Positions 18,533 to 28,960 of a DNA stretch of 64,000 nucleotides are shown here, in pieces (the stretch's first letter is position 1; each line of letters opens with the position of its first letter). Origin of the DNA: Candidatus Zambryskiibacteriota bacterium. GTDB taxonomy: Bacteria > Patescibacteriota > Minisyncoccia > Phycocordibacterales > WO2-35-19. Position numbers and translations under genes: made by a program. The DNA lies in contig JASNZL010000009.1 in NCBI GenBank assembly GCA_048499675.1, forward strand, positions 303 through 64,302. The letters run 5' to 3'. Below the pieces are notes generated by a model, which was not told where the DNA came from, searched no databases, and saw only the letters and a list, made by a program, of their open reading frames with translations.

Positions 18533-19918
18533 ATGCAAATAAAACTATACAACACCCTAACCAACAAGAAAGAAGAGTTTGAGCCTTTAGATAATAAGGA
18601 GGTCAAAATGTACAACTGTGGACCTACAATGTATGGCAGACAACATATAGGCAATCTTTCTATGTTTGTGTTTACTGACATATTAAGAAAAACTCTAGAA
18701 TATGGTGGTTATAAAGTAAGGCAAGTAATAAACATTACAGACTTTGGTCACCTCTCAGGCGATAATCAAGGTGATGCTGATCACGGAGAAGATCGGATGA
18801 CTATGGGACTCAAAAGAGAAAAGATGGCACTTACAGTACCCAACATGAGAGTCCTTGCTGAGAAATATGCAAAGACTTTTTTTGAGGAAATCAAATTACT
18901 AAGCATTGACTCAAAAAAAATTACTTTTCCTTTTGCATCGGACTATGTCAAAGACCAGATAAAAATGATTGAAAAATTACTCGAAAAAGGTTTTGCTTAT
19001 GAAGGTAAAAACGGTGTATATTTTGACACATCAAAATACCAAAATTACGGCAAATTAGGCAAAATAAACATAAAGGGTTTGAAAGAGGGCGTGAGGGTAA
19101 GTAAAAGCGAAAAGAGAAATCCTACTGATTTTATTTTATGGAAAGGAGATAAAAGTCTGGGTTGGGAGTCACCTTGGGGTTTTGGTTTCCCCGGATGGCA
19201 CATAGAGTGTTCCGCAATGATTATAAAAATTCTAGGTGATCAAATTGATATACACACAGGAGGTATAGAACACATTGGGGTGCACCACAACAACGAAATT
19301 GCTCAGTCAGAATGCGCGACGGGCAAATCCCCTTTTGCAAAATATTGGCTTCATAGAGCACATATAAAAATAGACGATAAGAAAATATCCAAATCAGAAG
19401 GAAATACGCTCTTTTTAGAAGATTTTAAAAAACATTTTATTCACCCAATTTCTTTTAGATTTTGGCTTCTCTACTCTCATTATCGCAAACCATCCAACTT
19501 TACTTGGCAAAGTGTTTCGGGTGCTCAAAATACCTTAGAGAAGATTATATATTCATATAATGATTTCCCCACAAAAGACGAAACCGATAACGGAGTATTA
19601 AAAAATTTTGAAGATGCCATTTCTGATGATTTAAATACCCCTATCGCAATCTCCATACTTCAGGAAGCCAAATCAAAAAATGTAATAGAAAAGATGGATA
19701 AAATTTTTGGTTTAGGAATCAAAGATTTATCAAAACAAATACATAGTGATTTTCCGGAAGATATTTCTGATATGAAATCAGAAAGAGACTTGGCAAGAGA
19801 GAAAAAAGACTGGCAAAAAAGTGATGAATTAAGGAAAGAAATAGAAAAAGCTGGATTTGTTTTGGAAGATAGAGAAAAAAAGACAATTCTTAGAAAAACT
19901 CTTTCTTCGCTTGTTTAG
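18533..19918 (+). CDS. cysS: Cysteine--tRNA ligase
   Basis: [33 protein letters not shown]. Confidence 0.96.
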   Translation: MQIKLYNTLTNKKEEFEPLDNKEVKMYNCGPTMYGRQHIGNLSMFVFTDILRKTLEYGGYKVRQVINITDFGHLSGDNQGDADHGEDRMTMGLKREKMALTVPNMRVLAEKYAKTFFEEIKLLSIDSKKITFPFASDYVKDQIKMIEKLLEKGFAYEGKNGVYFDTSKYQNYGKLGKINIKGLKEGVRVSKSEKRNPTDFILWKGDKSLGWESPWGFGFPGWHIECSAMIIKILGDQIDIHTGGIEHIGVHHNNEIAQSECATGKSPFAKYWLHRAHIKIDDKKISKSEGNTLFLEDFKKHFIHPISFRFWLLYSHYRKPSNFTWQSVSGAQNTLEKIIYSYNDFPTKDETDNGVLKNFEDAISDDLNTPIAISILQEAKSKNVIEKMDKIFGLGIKDLSKQIHSDFPEDISDMKSERDLAREKKDWQKSDELRKEIEKAGFVLEDREKKTILRKTLSSLV

Positions 19919-19927
19919 CTAATAAAT

Positions 19928-19974
19928 ACAACATAGTCACCTCTTTCTTTGTTGTGCGGGTAGGGGTAATCGAA
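19928..19974 (-). repeat. Duplicate of the tRNA-Gly 3' end plus downstream flank
   Basis: acaacatagtcac...tgtgcgggtaggggtaatcgaa also occurs at 20108..20154. Confidence 0.75.
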
Positions 19975-20134
19975 CCTTCAACTTTTTGTTCGTCGTCACT
20001 CACAAAAGTTTAGGCACCAACTCGCCTGTTTTTGTTGGTACAAAAACATGGCTCCGTTGGTTTCGATCACCCCGCAAAGCAGAGCAGTCTGCTTTGCTCT
20101 ACCACGCACAACATAGTCACTTCGTTCCTTGATG

Positions 20135-20205
20135 TGCGGGTAGGGGTAATCGAAACCCCGTCTCAACCTTGGGAAGGTCGCATTCTACCACTAAACTATA
20201 CCCGC
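20135..20205 (-). tRNA. tRNA-Gly(CCC), CCA not encoded
   Basis: gcgggta acceptor stem, D arm, cgacc-TTCCCAA-ggttg anticodon arm, T arm with TTCGA, discriminator A. Confidence 0.9.
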
Positions 20206-20472
20206 ATTGTTTTTTAAATATTTTTGAATTCTTTTCTTTACATAACCTCTACCAAAACCTGTTTTTAGTTGAAGTTCTCTTTTCCTGGAATCTGTCTTAT
20301 CTAGGCATGCCTCATAGTAAACCAGTGTAATTTTATCAAACTTTTTTGTTGTTTGAACTTCCCCTAGTTTATGCTCTCTTAATCTATTAGGTAAATCACT
20401 TGTTGAGCCGATATAAAAATTGCTTTCTTTTGTTCTCAAATTTTTACAATGTAGTACGTAAGTATAAAACAT
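20191..20472 (-). CDS. GIY-YIG nuclease family protein
   Basis: MFYTYVL...FYIGSTSDL..RL.EH..G, LVYYEA, KRE.QLKTG.GR; start 20472 preferred; last codons overlap the tRNA 5' end. Confidence 0.9.
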   Translation of the reverse strand: MFYTYVLHCKNLRTKESNFYIGSTSDLPNRLREHKLGEVQTTKKFDKITLVYYEACLDKTDSRKRELQLKTGFGRGYVKKRIQKYLKNNAGIV

Positions 20473-20483
20473 ATTATTTCTTG

Positions 20484-20553
20484 CCCGCCAAAAGGTTTGC
20501 AAAACCATTTTGGCGGGTCCGCCACAATGTCCGCTTTGCGGACTTTGGGCGGA
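20484..20553. repeat. Two adjacent GC-rich palindromes inserted in the anticodon of the partial tRNA copy
   Basis: cccgcc...ggcggg (20484-20517) and tccgcc...ggcgga (20518-20553). Confidence 0.7.
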
Positions 20554-20587
20554 GGAAGGTCGCATTCTACCACTAAACTATACCCGC
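20554..20587 (-). pseudogene. 5' half copy of tRNA-Gly
   Basis: 34 bp identical to 20172..20205. Confidence 0.8.
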
Positions 20588-20618
20588 AATATTATATTTT
20601 ATATAATAAAAACCTTTA

Positions 20619-21833
20619 TTATTCCATATCCAAATAAGAATTTATGTAATGTATCGCAATACCTCCATAATTCCTATTCTTCGCAAACTCTGCTTCTATT
20701 TTTTCTATCTCTGTGTACAAATGACTTCTGCTCTTGCTATGAAAAGTTATATAAGGCGGTGGAAAGTCCCCCGTCTCTTGAGCAATGATTAATTTTGTAT
20801 TTTTTGCCTTCCTCTTGAAAGTCTTCATCTCATTTTTTGAGACTTCAATTGAACCATCTTCCCCATCTGCAAAATTCCTATAGGACATCACAATTACAGA
20901 ATTACCTTTTCTCTCATCTAGAATATTTATCAAATGAGGGATTACGTATTCGGACAAACCATTATAATAAAATTTTTCAGTCACCTCATCTTTTTTATCA
21001 TAAAAATCTGGAATAACTACCGAAAATCTAATATCTGTATCCTTAAAAAAGTTTTCTGTTTTGTGTATTAATTCCGTAAAATTACGGAGCACATCCGATT
21101 GTTCTGTTTGAAATCTTTCCAAAAGGTAAGGTTCTACATCATACTGAAAACCTCTAAACTTATAACTACTTTCTTCATTAAAATCTTTAACAAAATTCAC
21201 AACCGCATAAGGTTTATACAAATTCCCCTCCTCTGCCCAATTTTTCCATCCCGCAAGGGCATCTACCTCTATATCATTTTCATTAGCAATTTTTATAAAA
21301 TTCTCTATTTTATTTTTAAAATCTAGTTCTCTATTTATTTTGGTCTGAGATTCTTCCATAACAAATATATCCAAATAAGAATCAATTGAGAGGTATATCG
21401 TATTTATTCCCTTTTCTTTTGCACCTAATACAATTTCTGAAACATAATCATTCGTAAGATACATAGTTGGGGTCCAGAGCCAACTGCCTTTTTCTTTTGG
21501 TTCTAAATCGGAATTTTTTATCAAACTCAAAAGGTAGTCAAATATCGTGATATTTTTTATTGAATGAAAAACCGAGGCCACTTGATAAGCAAAAGGGTTT
21601 ATATCTTTTTGTTCTAATTCCTCAAAAGCTAAATGACTGTATTCTTGATTTGTTTCAGTAATGCTCAAACTTCTTGTTTGTTCCCTATTTAATGACAAAC
21701 TCAAATCAATATTGTTTTTGTGTGGTACCGACTCTATACCATTAACAACACTAAACACAAACAAAAAAATCAAAAATACAACTGGCACAAAGACAAGGTG
21801 CTTGGTATTTAATTTTTTGGTTTTCTTTCGCAT
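20619..21833 (-). CDS. Membrane-anchored putative glycoside-hydrolase-like (TIM barrel) protein
   Basis: N-terminal TM; WLW, GFQYDVEPY, VMSYR, AQET, GIAIHY pattern. Confidence 0.55.
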   Translation of the reverse strand: MRKKTKKLNTKHLVFVPVVFLIFLFVFSVVNGIESVPHKNNIDLSLSLNREQTRSLSITETNQEYSHLAFEELEQKDINPFAYQVASVFHSIKNITIFDYLLSLIKNSDLEPKEKGSWLWTPTMYLTNDYVSEIVLGAKEKGINTIYLSIDSYLDIFVMEESQTKINRELDFKNKIENFIKIANENDIEVDALAGWKNWAEEGNLYKPYAVVNFVKDFNEESSYKFRGFQYDVEPYLLERFQTEQSDVLRNFTELIHKTENFFKDTDIRFSVVIPDFYDKKDEVTEKFYYNGLSEYVIPHLINILDERKGNSVIVMSYRNFADGEDGSIEVSKNEMKTFKRKAKNTKLIIAQETGDFPPPYITFHSKSRSHLYTEIEKIEAEFAKNRNYGGIAIHYINSYLDME

Positions 21834-22220
21834 CTAATTATTACCATTAAAGAATTTTTTAAAGTTCTCTTTTATTTTTTGGAAATAGGTTTTTTCTGGA
21901 ACAACATCTTTATTCTCTTCTTCTTCGGTTACAATAATCGCCACACTCTCACCCTCTGAAGCAACGTTGAGTTTTTTTCTAAGCTCAAATTCCAAACCTT
22001 CGTTTGTTTCTAGCCTAGCAAGTGAGGCCTCCAAATTTTTTCCCCTTTGCTCCAAAAGCATCATCTCTTCCTGCATTTTTGCCAAAACCTCTTCTGCTCC
22101 TCTTTTCTTTTTGTAAACTCGAAAAACAGAATTTACTAGAACAAGAAAAATAATCAACAATATAAAAAATATCGTAATTCTTCTAAACTTAGAGCCGTCT
22201 CTACTTTTTACCCCTCTCAT
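21834..22220 (-). CDS. Septum formation initiator (FtsB/DivIC-like)
   Basis: TM plus coiled coil plus E..LRKKLN...EGE. Confidence 0.7.
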   Translation of the reverse strand: MRGVKSRDGSKFRRITIFFILLIIFLVLVNSVFRVYKKKRGAEEVLAKMQEEMMLLEQRGKNLEASLARLETNEGLEFELRKKLNVASEGESVAIIVTEEEENKDVVPEKTYFQKIKENFKKFFNGNN

Positions 22221-22265
22221 GCTAATATATTACTATAAATATATTAAACATTATAATCAAAAATT

Positions 22266-22370
22266 ATGCTTTGGGACCCAAGAGTTAGAAAAGTTACAAA
22301 AATCACCTCTATTGTTATATCTATTTTGGTTATTTTGGCTATGGTATTGGCTTACCTACCATTTTACTAA
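22266..22370 (+). CDS. 34-aa single-TM small protein MLWDPRVRKVTKITSIVISILVILAMVLAYLPFY (not in track)
   Basis: Hand translation; basic N-terminus followed by a hydrophobic helix; divergent from the FtsB-like gene. Confidence 0.55.
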   Translation: MLWDPRVRKVTKITSIVISILVILAMVLAYLPFY

Positions 22371-22460
22371 TAACCAAGTAACAGAAGAAACCCCTACTCT
22401 TTTTTGTTTCCTTAATTCATTAAAACACTAGAGCCTTTCCTAAAAACTTTATATTTAAAA

Positions 22461-22988
22461 TCATCTTTCAAATGAACCTGTTACCCACGCAAATTCATTT
22501 TGCCAATTTCTAGAAGGGCAACTCCACCCGGGACTTGTAGGCCACGTCCCACTTTTTGACTCCATCCGACCTATTCCCAATACATAAAAAGCACCTTTTG
22601 AAGAGTCACACCCCGCAGTCCCCGCTCCATATTTATAGTAGTAATAAGCACCACTTGTACACCCCGTAACACTTGCTGGGTCACCAGGTGTATCTATAAA
22701 CCCTTGAGTCTTAAGTGGTTGTATAAAAGTATCAGTAGAAGCGCTCCCATTAAAACCTATATCCCAACCACTGCAATCATTGTCTGTATTGTTTGGATAA
22801 GTATTGTTGTTTGCATAATAATAAAGTTCTAGAGCATTTCTTATCTGTCTAACATCAGAAAGTCTTTTTGTATCTCTTGCTTTCGCTCTTGAGTTATTAA
22901 TCGCTACCAAAACAATGGAAGAAAGCACACCGATTATAGCTATAACCACTAGAAGCTCAATTAAAGTAAATCCTTTTGAATTTTTCAT
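22461..22988 (-). CDS. Type IV pilin / pseudopilin
   Basis: KGFTLIELLVVIAIIGVL; SRAKARD; TGA stop. Confidence 0.9.
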   Translation of the reverse strand: MKNSKGFTLIELLVVIAIIGVLSSIVLVAINNSRAKARDTKRLSDVRQIRNALELYYYANNNTYPNNTDNDCSGWDIGFNGSASTDTFIQPLKTQGFIDTPGDPASVTGCTSGAYYYYKYGAGTAGCDSSKGAFYVLGIGRMESKSGTWPTSPGWSCPSRNWQNEFAWVTGSFER

Positions 22989-23050
22989 CTTTTTAGATTC
23001 TAAACGTTAAATTTATTATATTACAAAAAACACCACTAACCAATAAATTT

Positions 23051-23419
23051 TGTCGTATTAGTTTTATTGGTTGTATTAGTTTTATTGGTCGTATTAGTTT
23101 TATTGATCGTATTAGTCCTATTGGTCGCATCCTTCTTATCCTTCTTATCCGTCCCTAGTCCCATTCGTCCAATTTTCCCTCCCCGCCCCATTCGACCTAT
23201 TCGTCCTATCTGTCTTAATTGGTCCTATCAGTCCCGTCTCCTCTTTTCTCCACTTTTTTCTTTCCTTTTTCGATTCGTCCTATCTGTCCTATTCGTCCTA
23301 TCTGTCTTATTGGTCCTATTTTCCTCCCCACCCCATTCGTCCTATCTGTCCAATTTTCCCTCCCCGCCCCATTCGACCTATTCGACCTATTCGTCCTATC
23401 TGTCTTATTAGTCCTATTT
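23051..23419. repeat. Degenerate 9-bp repeat array 1 (NNGWCYTAT)
   Basis: Units such as tcgtcctat, tagtcctat, ctgtcttat, tcgacctat interspersed with pyrimidine blocks. Confidence 0.85.
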
Positions 23420-23490
23420 ACTTTTTAAAAACCTGCTCCACCCATTACTTCGTATCCAATTTTTATGCTATATTAGCTCTAAACTCCATT

Positions 23491-25332
23491 ATGAAAAATA
23501 TCAGAAACTTTTCAATTATTGCCCACATAGACCATGGTAAGAGCACCTTGGCTGATAGAATGTTAGAAATTACAGGCACAATAGAAAAACGTAAAATGCA
23601 CGACCAAGTGCTAGACTCTATGGATTTGGAAAGAGAACGTGGTATCACCATAAAAATGCAACCTGTCCGAATGATTTACAAACCCCAAACCCAAGTTTCA
23701 GAAATTTTAAATTTTGACTTTTACATTTTAAACTTAATAGATACCCCTGGCCACATCGACTTCTCTTACGAAGTTTCAAGGGCCCTAAAAGCCGTTGAAG
23801 GTTCTATCCTTCTTGTTGACGCAACTCAAGGTGTCCAAGCCCAAACTCTCACCACACTTAATATGGCTCGGGAAGCAGGCCTCGTCATTATCCCCGTCCT
23901 TACAAAAATAGACTCCCCTCTTGCCAGAGTAGAAGAAGTCAAAGAAGAAGTTGTAAAACTTTTATCATGCGATAAAGAAGATATTCTTTTGGTATCGGGC
24001 AAAACCGGCGAAGGTGTAAAAGATTTACTCCACGAAATTGTTGAAAAAATTCCACCACCAAACAAAGAAGAAAGTTTGGAAAACAAAGAAAGTGATTTTA
24101 GCTCCTTGGTTTTTGATTTTCAATATTCTACTCATAGAGGTGTAATTGTTTTTGTTCGAGTAATGGAAGGTAAGATTAGCAAAAACTCACCACTCATTTT
24201 TAAAGTTGCCAACGAAAAATTCAACGCTATTGAAGTTGGAATATTTGCACCCGACGAAAAACCTGTAGAAAGTTTGAGTGCTGGTGAAATCGGCTACATC
24301 GTAACCGGCATAAAAGAACCGGGTATTGCATCAGTTGGAGATACTGTCAGCCACTTAAATAATACAAAAGGTCCTTTAGCTGGATATTTTTCTCCCAAAC
24401 CAGTCGTCTGGGCATCAATTTATCCAGAAAGCCAAGACGACTTCGTACCCCTCAAACAAGCGCTCGGCAAACTTAAACTTTCTGATTCTTCATATACCTA
24501 CGAAGAAGAATCTTCAGGTGCTTTGGGGCGTGGTTTTAGATGTGGTTTCTTGGGAATGCTCCACCTAGAAATTATTACCGAGAGACTCAGACGAGAATTC
24601 GATTTAGAGCTTGTAGTCACAATGCCTACAATCACATACGAAGTCACTTACAAAAATCCAAATGGTTCAAAAGGAGAAGGTAAAAAAGAAATAATTTATT
24701 CTCCCGCAAACTTTCCTGACGATGGAATAGTTGAGTGTGTTTTTGAGCCATGGGTTTCTGTTTTCATTATTACCCCCATTACTTATGTCGGTTCTCTTAT
24801 GCAACTTCTCTATGAACACGAAGCGATACTAATTGATACAACAAACTTTGGTGATGACAAATCTGAGTTAAAAATAGAAATGCCTCTCCGTGAACTAATG
24901 CGAAACTTTTTTGACAAACTAAAAAGTTTGACTTCCGGATACGCCTCTATTTCTTACGAAATACAAGGTATGCGCGAGGCAAACGTAACAAGGCTTGATA
25001 TTTTGGTTGCAGACGAAGTCCTACCTGCTTTCTCAAGAGTTGTATCAAAAAGAATAGTAGCTGAGGAAGCCGAAAATGCTGTAGAAAAACTTGCAGAGAT
25101 AATACCTAGACAAATGTTTGCAATGAAAATACAAGGCAAAGCACTTGGTAGAATTATTTCTTCAAAAGCTATTAGCGCATTTAGAAAAGATGTCACCCAA
25201 CATATGTATGGGGGCGACATTACCAGAAAAATGAAGCTTAGAGAAAAACAAAAGAAAGGCAAGAAAAAAATGCAGGCCCGAGGAAAAGTTAATATTCCTC
25301 ACGAAGTATTCCTAAAGATGATGAAAAACTAA
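23491..25332 (+). CDS. lepA: Elongation factor 4
   Basis: IRNFSIIAHIDHGKSTLADR, DTPGH, GFRCGFLGMLH, YGGDITRKMKL. Confidence 0.97.
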   Translation: MKNIRNFSIIAHIDHGKSTLADRMLEITGTIEKRKMHDQVLDSMDLERERGITIKMQPVRMIYKPQTQVSEILNFDFYILNLIDTPGHIDFSYEVSRALKAVEGSILLVDATQGVQAQTLTTLNMAREAGLVIIPVLTKIDSPLARVEEVKEEVVKLLSCDKEDILLVSGKTGEGVKDLLHEIVEKIPPPNKEESLENKESDFSSLVFDFQYSTHRGVIVFVRVMEGKISKNSPLIFKVANEKFNAIEVGIFAPDEKPVESLSAGEIGYIVTGIKEPGIASVGDTVSHLNNTKGPLAGYFSPKPVVWASIYPESQDDFVPLKQALGKLKLSDSSYTYEEESSGALGRGFRCGFLGMLHLEIITERLRREFDLELVVTMPTITYEVTYKNPNGSKGEGKKEIIYSPANFPDDGIVECVFEPWVSVFIITPITYVGSLMQLLYEHEAILIDTTNFGDDKSELKIEMPLRELMRNFFDKLKSLTSGYASISYEIQGMREANVTRLDILVADEVLPAFSRVVSKRIVAEEAENAVEKLAEIIPRQMFAMKIQGKALGRIISSKAISAFRKDVTQHMYGGDITRKMKLREKQKKGKKKMQARGKVNIPHEVFLKMMKN

Positions 25333-25338
25333 AACTTT

Positions 25339-25666
25339 TCTATCTATCCTACTTCTTCTGTCTCATCCCCCTTTTCTTAATTCGTCGCATCCATCTTATT
25401 TTCCTTCCCCTTCCGTCAAATTCGACTTATCCGTCCTATTTGTCCCATTAGCCCTATGCGTCCAATTCTTTTTTTATTCGTCCCATTAGTCCCATCCGTC
25501 CTATTTGTCCTATTAGTCCTATTTCCCTCCCCGCCCTATCAGTCCTATTCGACTTATCCGTCCGATTCCCTCTCTCTTTTTCTTTCCTTTTTCGATTCGT
25601 CCCATCCGTCCCCTATCCGTCCCACTAGTCTTATTAGTCCTATTCGACTTATTTGTCCTATTTCCC
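25339..25666. repeat. 9-bp repeat array 2
   Basis: Same units and polarity; includes the murJ stop codon. Confidence 0.85.
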
Positions 25667-27271
25667 CACCATCTCCCTGCTCTCCAAAATTTTAAAAACA
25701 AAAGCGGTCGCTAAAATCCCTATCGTTCCAGCAATAAACCCGTGTCCCAATACACCCCAAAAAGTCTCAAGTGTAAAATAGTCAGAAAATACCAAAAGAC
25801 CCAAATAAACTCCAACCCCACAACCCAAAGCTCCAACCAAACTTTCAACAATAGTTCGCCTTATAGAAATCCAAATATCAAATACTAGTTCTCTACCAAG
25901 ACCAAAGAAAAGCAAAAGGGCGCTAAAAATACTCCCCAAAGAAAAAGCAAAAGGCAAAGATAGAATTTTTAAAGACAAATCAGGCACTTTTAAAATATCA
26001 GCAACTAAAGCAAAAAAGACTCTAAAATCCTCAAAATATTTATAAAACAAAACTGCAAACAAAACCGATACTACACCACCTAAAATGTTTCCGTAAAATG
26101 GCCATTTAGTTCTGCCAAGTGCATAGTGCGAACGAGACAAAAACAAAACTATACTTTGAAAAACGATTGAAAGAGCAAAAATAGCAAGCGACGCAGAGAC
26201 AAGCCTAGTAGAAAGCCAATCAAAAGACCCAGAACCCAAAACAACTCTGGTAATGTGAGCTCGCAAAAGTATTATAAAAACTGTAAAAGGGAGGGACCAA
26301 AAAATGATTTGCCTTAATCCGTGAGAAATCTTTTCTATTACACCAACCATATCTTTTTTTGCATAAGATAGTGCAAGAGCCGGAAAAGCCGCCAAAGAAA
26401 AACTAACACCAATAAGAGAAATTGGAGCCGATTGCAAATTCCAAGACAGATTAAATATCGCAATAGAACCAGTTTCCATTCTAGAAGCAAGAACAGCAAA
26501 GAAAAAACCAACAAAACTTGTAATAGAAAGGGCAAGTGTTCGTGGAACCGACAATTTTCCTACTTCTAACACATCTTCCCATTTAATTCTTTTAATAAAT
26601 CTCGGCCTGAGTTTTGACCGCATTACAAAAATTGCCTGAAGCAAGAGATGCATAAAAGCTCCGAGTATCACTCCAAAAACCGCTGAGGAAATACCTATTT
26701 TTTCGCTCAAAGCAAAAATTCCAATGATAATACCAAGGTTATAAAGTATCGGACTTATTGAATACAAAATAAATCTTTTTTCATACTGGACTATACTGCC
26801 AAAAAAATTAGAAAAACCTAAAAGAAGCGGCGATAAAAGTAAAACTCTTGATAAGAGAATTATTTCATTAATCGTATTTAGAGAAAGGGTAGAATAAAAA
26901 AAGTTAACTATAATCGGCATCAAAAAATATGCGAGTCCACAAAACAAAACAATAAGAACCGAAAAGATACTAAACACCGAATCGGTTGCATCCTTCAAAT
27001 GTTTTTCACCTTCCGTTTCTTTTTTTGCAAACAAGGGCACCAAGGCAGAGATAGAAACCAAAGAAGCAACAGTCACAAAAATCAAATCCGGTACTTTAAA
27101 AGAGGCATAATATATATCAAGCTCAAGTCCTGCACCAAAATTATGAGCGAGCATCCTATCGCGAAGGAGTGCCAAAATAAGTGAAAAGAAAGAAAAAAGA
27201 GCTAGCCAAAATGCCGCCTCTCCTACTCCGTTAATTTTTAGCGCTATAGAGTTTACTATCCTCTTTACCAT
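25658..27271 (-). CDS. murJ: Lipid II flippase MurJ (MviN)
   Basis: LRDRMLAHNFGAGLELDIYYASFKVPD; multi-TM; start 27271 preferred over 27292. Confidence 0.88.
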   Translation of the reverse strand: MVKRIVNSIALKINGVGEAAFWLALFSFFSLILALLRDRMLAHNFGAGLELDIYYASFKVPDLIFVTVASLVSISALVPLFAKKETEGEKHLKDATDSVFSIFSVLIVLFCGLAYFLMPIIVNFFYSTLSLNTINEIILLSRVLLLSPLLLGFSNFFGSIVQYEKRFILYSISPILYNLGIIIGIFALSEKIGISSAVFGVILGAFMHLLLQAIFVMRSKLRPRFIKRIKWEDVLEVGKLSVPRTLALSITSFVGFFFAVLASRMETGSIAIFNLSWNLQSAPISLIGVSFSLAAFPALALSYAKKDMVGVIEKISHGLRQIIFWSLPFTVFIILLRAHITRVVLGSGSFDWLSTRLVSASLAIFALSIVFQSIVLFLSRSHYALGRTKWPFYGNILGGVVSVLFAVLFYKYFEDFRVFFALVADILKVPDLSLKILSLPFAFSLGSIFSALLLFFGLGRELVFDIWISIRRTIVESLVGALGCGVGVYLGLLVFSDYFTLETFWGVLGHGFIAGTIGILATAFVFKILESREMVGK

Positions 27272-27325
27272 TATTAATAAAAAATAGCACAAAAAACCTT
27301 TTTTTAAAACGCAAAACTCACTTCC

Positions 27326-27835
27326 CTAGTTCCATTATCCAATCTTCCTTCTACTTTTTTCTTCTTTTTTCCCTATCCAACTTATTTTCCTTCCCCTTCC
27401 GTCAAATTCGACCTGTCTTATTTCCCTCCTCCGCCTTATTCGTCCTATTAGTCCTATCCGTCCTATTAGTCCCATCCGTCCGATTCCCTCTCTCTTTTTC
27501 TTTCCTTTTTCGATTCGTCCCATCCGTCCCATCCGTCCTATCTGTCTTATTTCCCTCCTCTGCCTTATTTGTCCTATCCGTCCTATTCGACCTATAAGTC
27601 CTATTTGTCCTATTAGTCCTATTTCCCTCCCCGCCCTATCAGTCCTATTCGACTTATCCGTCCGATTCCCTCTCTCTTTTTCTTTCCCTTTTTAATTTGT
27701 CCCACCGTCCTATTAGTCCTATCCGTCCTATCCGTCCTATCTGTCTTTTTTGTCCTATTTCCCTCCTCTGCCTTATTTGTCCTATCCGTCCTATTCGTCC
27801 TATCCGTCCTATCCGACCTATTGGTCCTATTTCCC
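27326..27835. repeat. 9-bp repeat array 3
   Basis: Same units; 87 bp at 27601..27687 identical to 25501..25587. Confidence 0.85.
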
Positions 27836-28489
27836 TCCGCTTTCTTCGTCCCCTTTTCCTTCTTCGTCATCTTCAATTGGAACCACCCTACCGTCTATCA
27901 ACCTCTTACGACCGTTCTCTTTTAAAATCCTAGCGTACACCTCATCATCATTCCCAAAAATCTGCTCCTTTTTCACCTCCCTCTTCCTATCATTAAAATC
28001 CCCATTCACCTTAAACTCTTCCTCCAAAACTTTTATCTGATTATCAAGCAAATAATTGGTTTGATTAATAAGACAAAGCAAACAATTCCCAGCAATTTCT
28101 GGATGCTTCATATAAGCCGAGTATGTTTTACTCGTCTTTTCGGGCAATCTCGCAATCTCCCTAATCTCAATCGTTCGAGGATCGTCCTTCTTCCAAATTG
28201 AGAGGTTGTTTACTCTCAAATAATCCAAAATGTCGTTTTTTAATTCCTCCTGACTACCTCTGGCAACATTCAAAAGCCTAATCTCGGTTTGTTTTGAGGT
28301 AGCCGAATTTAAACTACCTTCGCTTATGTTTTGTTTGCCCGCTCTCGCCGCCCCCTCCATCTGTTCTTTCATTTTAAACGATTTGACGTAAAGTTTGCAA
28401 AATTCAAAAGTTAAATCAAAAACTATTTCGGCGCTCTGAAAAGATTTGAGTTTGTTGTAGCCACCATGTTTTGCAATTAAATCAGTCAT
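27827..28489 (-). CDS. Four-helix-bundle (23S rRNA IVP / Avd-like) protein with suffix domain
   Basis: HGGYNKLKSFQ, QMEGAARAGKQNISEG, LLNVARGSQEEL..D..DYLR, N.LLCLINQTNYLLD.QI. Confidence 0.85.
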   Translation of the reverse strand: MTDLIAKHGGYNKLKSFQSAEIVFDLTFEFCKLYVKSFKMKEQMEGAARAGKQNISEGSLNSATSKQTEIRLLNVARGSQEELKNDILDYLRVNNLSIWKKDDPRTIEIREIARLPEKTSKTYSAYMKHPEIAGNCLLCLINQTNYLLDNQIKVLEEEFKVNGDFNDRKREVKKEQIFGNDDEVYARILKENGRKRLIDGRVVPIEDDEEGKGDEESGGK

Positions 28490-28562
28490 TTTTTTAATTT
28501 AATTTTTAATTTTAATTCTAATTTTATTCTAATTCAAATTGTAATTCTAATTTTATTTTTAA

Positions 28563-28960
28563 TTCGTCCCATCCGTCCTATCCGTCCTATTCATTTTTTA
28601 TTTGCCCTATCCGACCTATAAGTCCTATTTCCCTCCTCTGCCTTATTTGTCCTATCCGTCCTATTCGACTTATCCGTCCTATCAGTCCTATTCGACTTAT
28701 CCGTCCGATTCCCTCTCTCTTTTTCTTTCCTTTTTCGATTCGTCCTATCCGTCCTATTAGTCCTATCCGTCCTATTTCCCTCCTCTGCCTTATTTGCCCT
28801 ATCCGTCCTATTCGACTTATCCGTCCAATTCTCTCTCTTTTTCTTTCCCTTTTTAATTTGTCCTATCTGTCCAATTTTTTTATTTACCCTATCCAACCTA
28901 TAAGTCCTATCTGTCTTATTTGCTCCATCCGACTTATTGGTCCTATCAGTCCTATTTCCC
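28563..28960. repeat. 9-bp repeat array 4, preceded by an AT-rich 6-mer tract (28490-28562)
   Basis: Same units; includes the LamG gene stop codon. Confidence 0.85.

Noticed and set aside
20206-20587. Intron-containing or split tRNA
   Set aside because: A complete uninterrupted tRNA follows, and no group I/II intron core is recognisable.
27827-28489. Diversity-generating retroelement
   Set aside because: An Avd-like fold alone is insufficient; no reverse transcriptase and no TR/VR pair with adenine-specific mismatches seen, including in the DUF2341 and 1824/3181 duplications.
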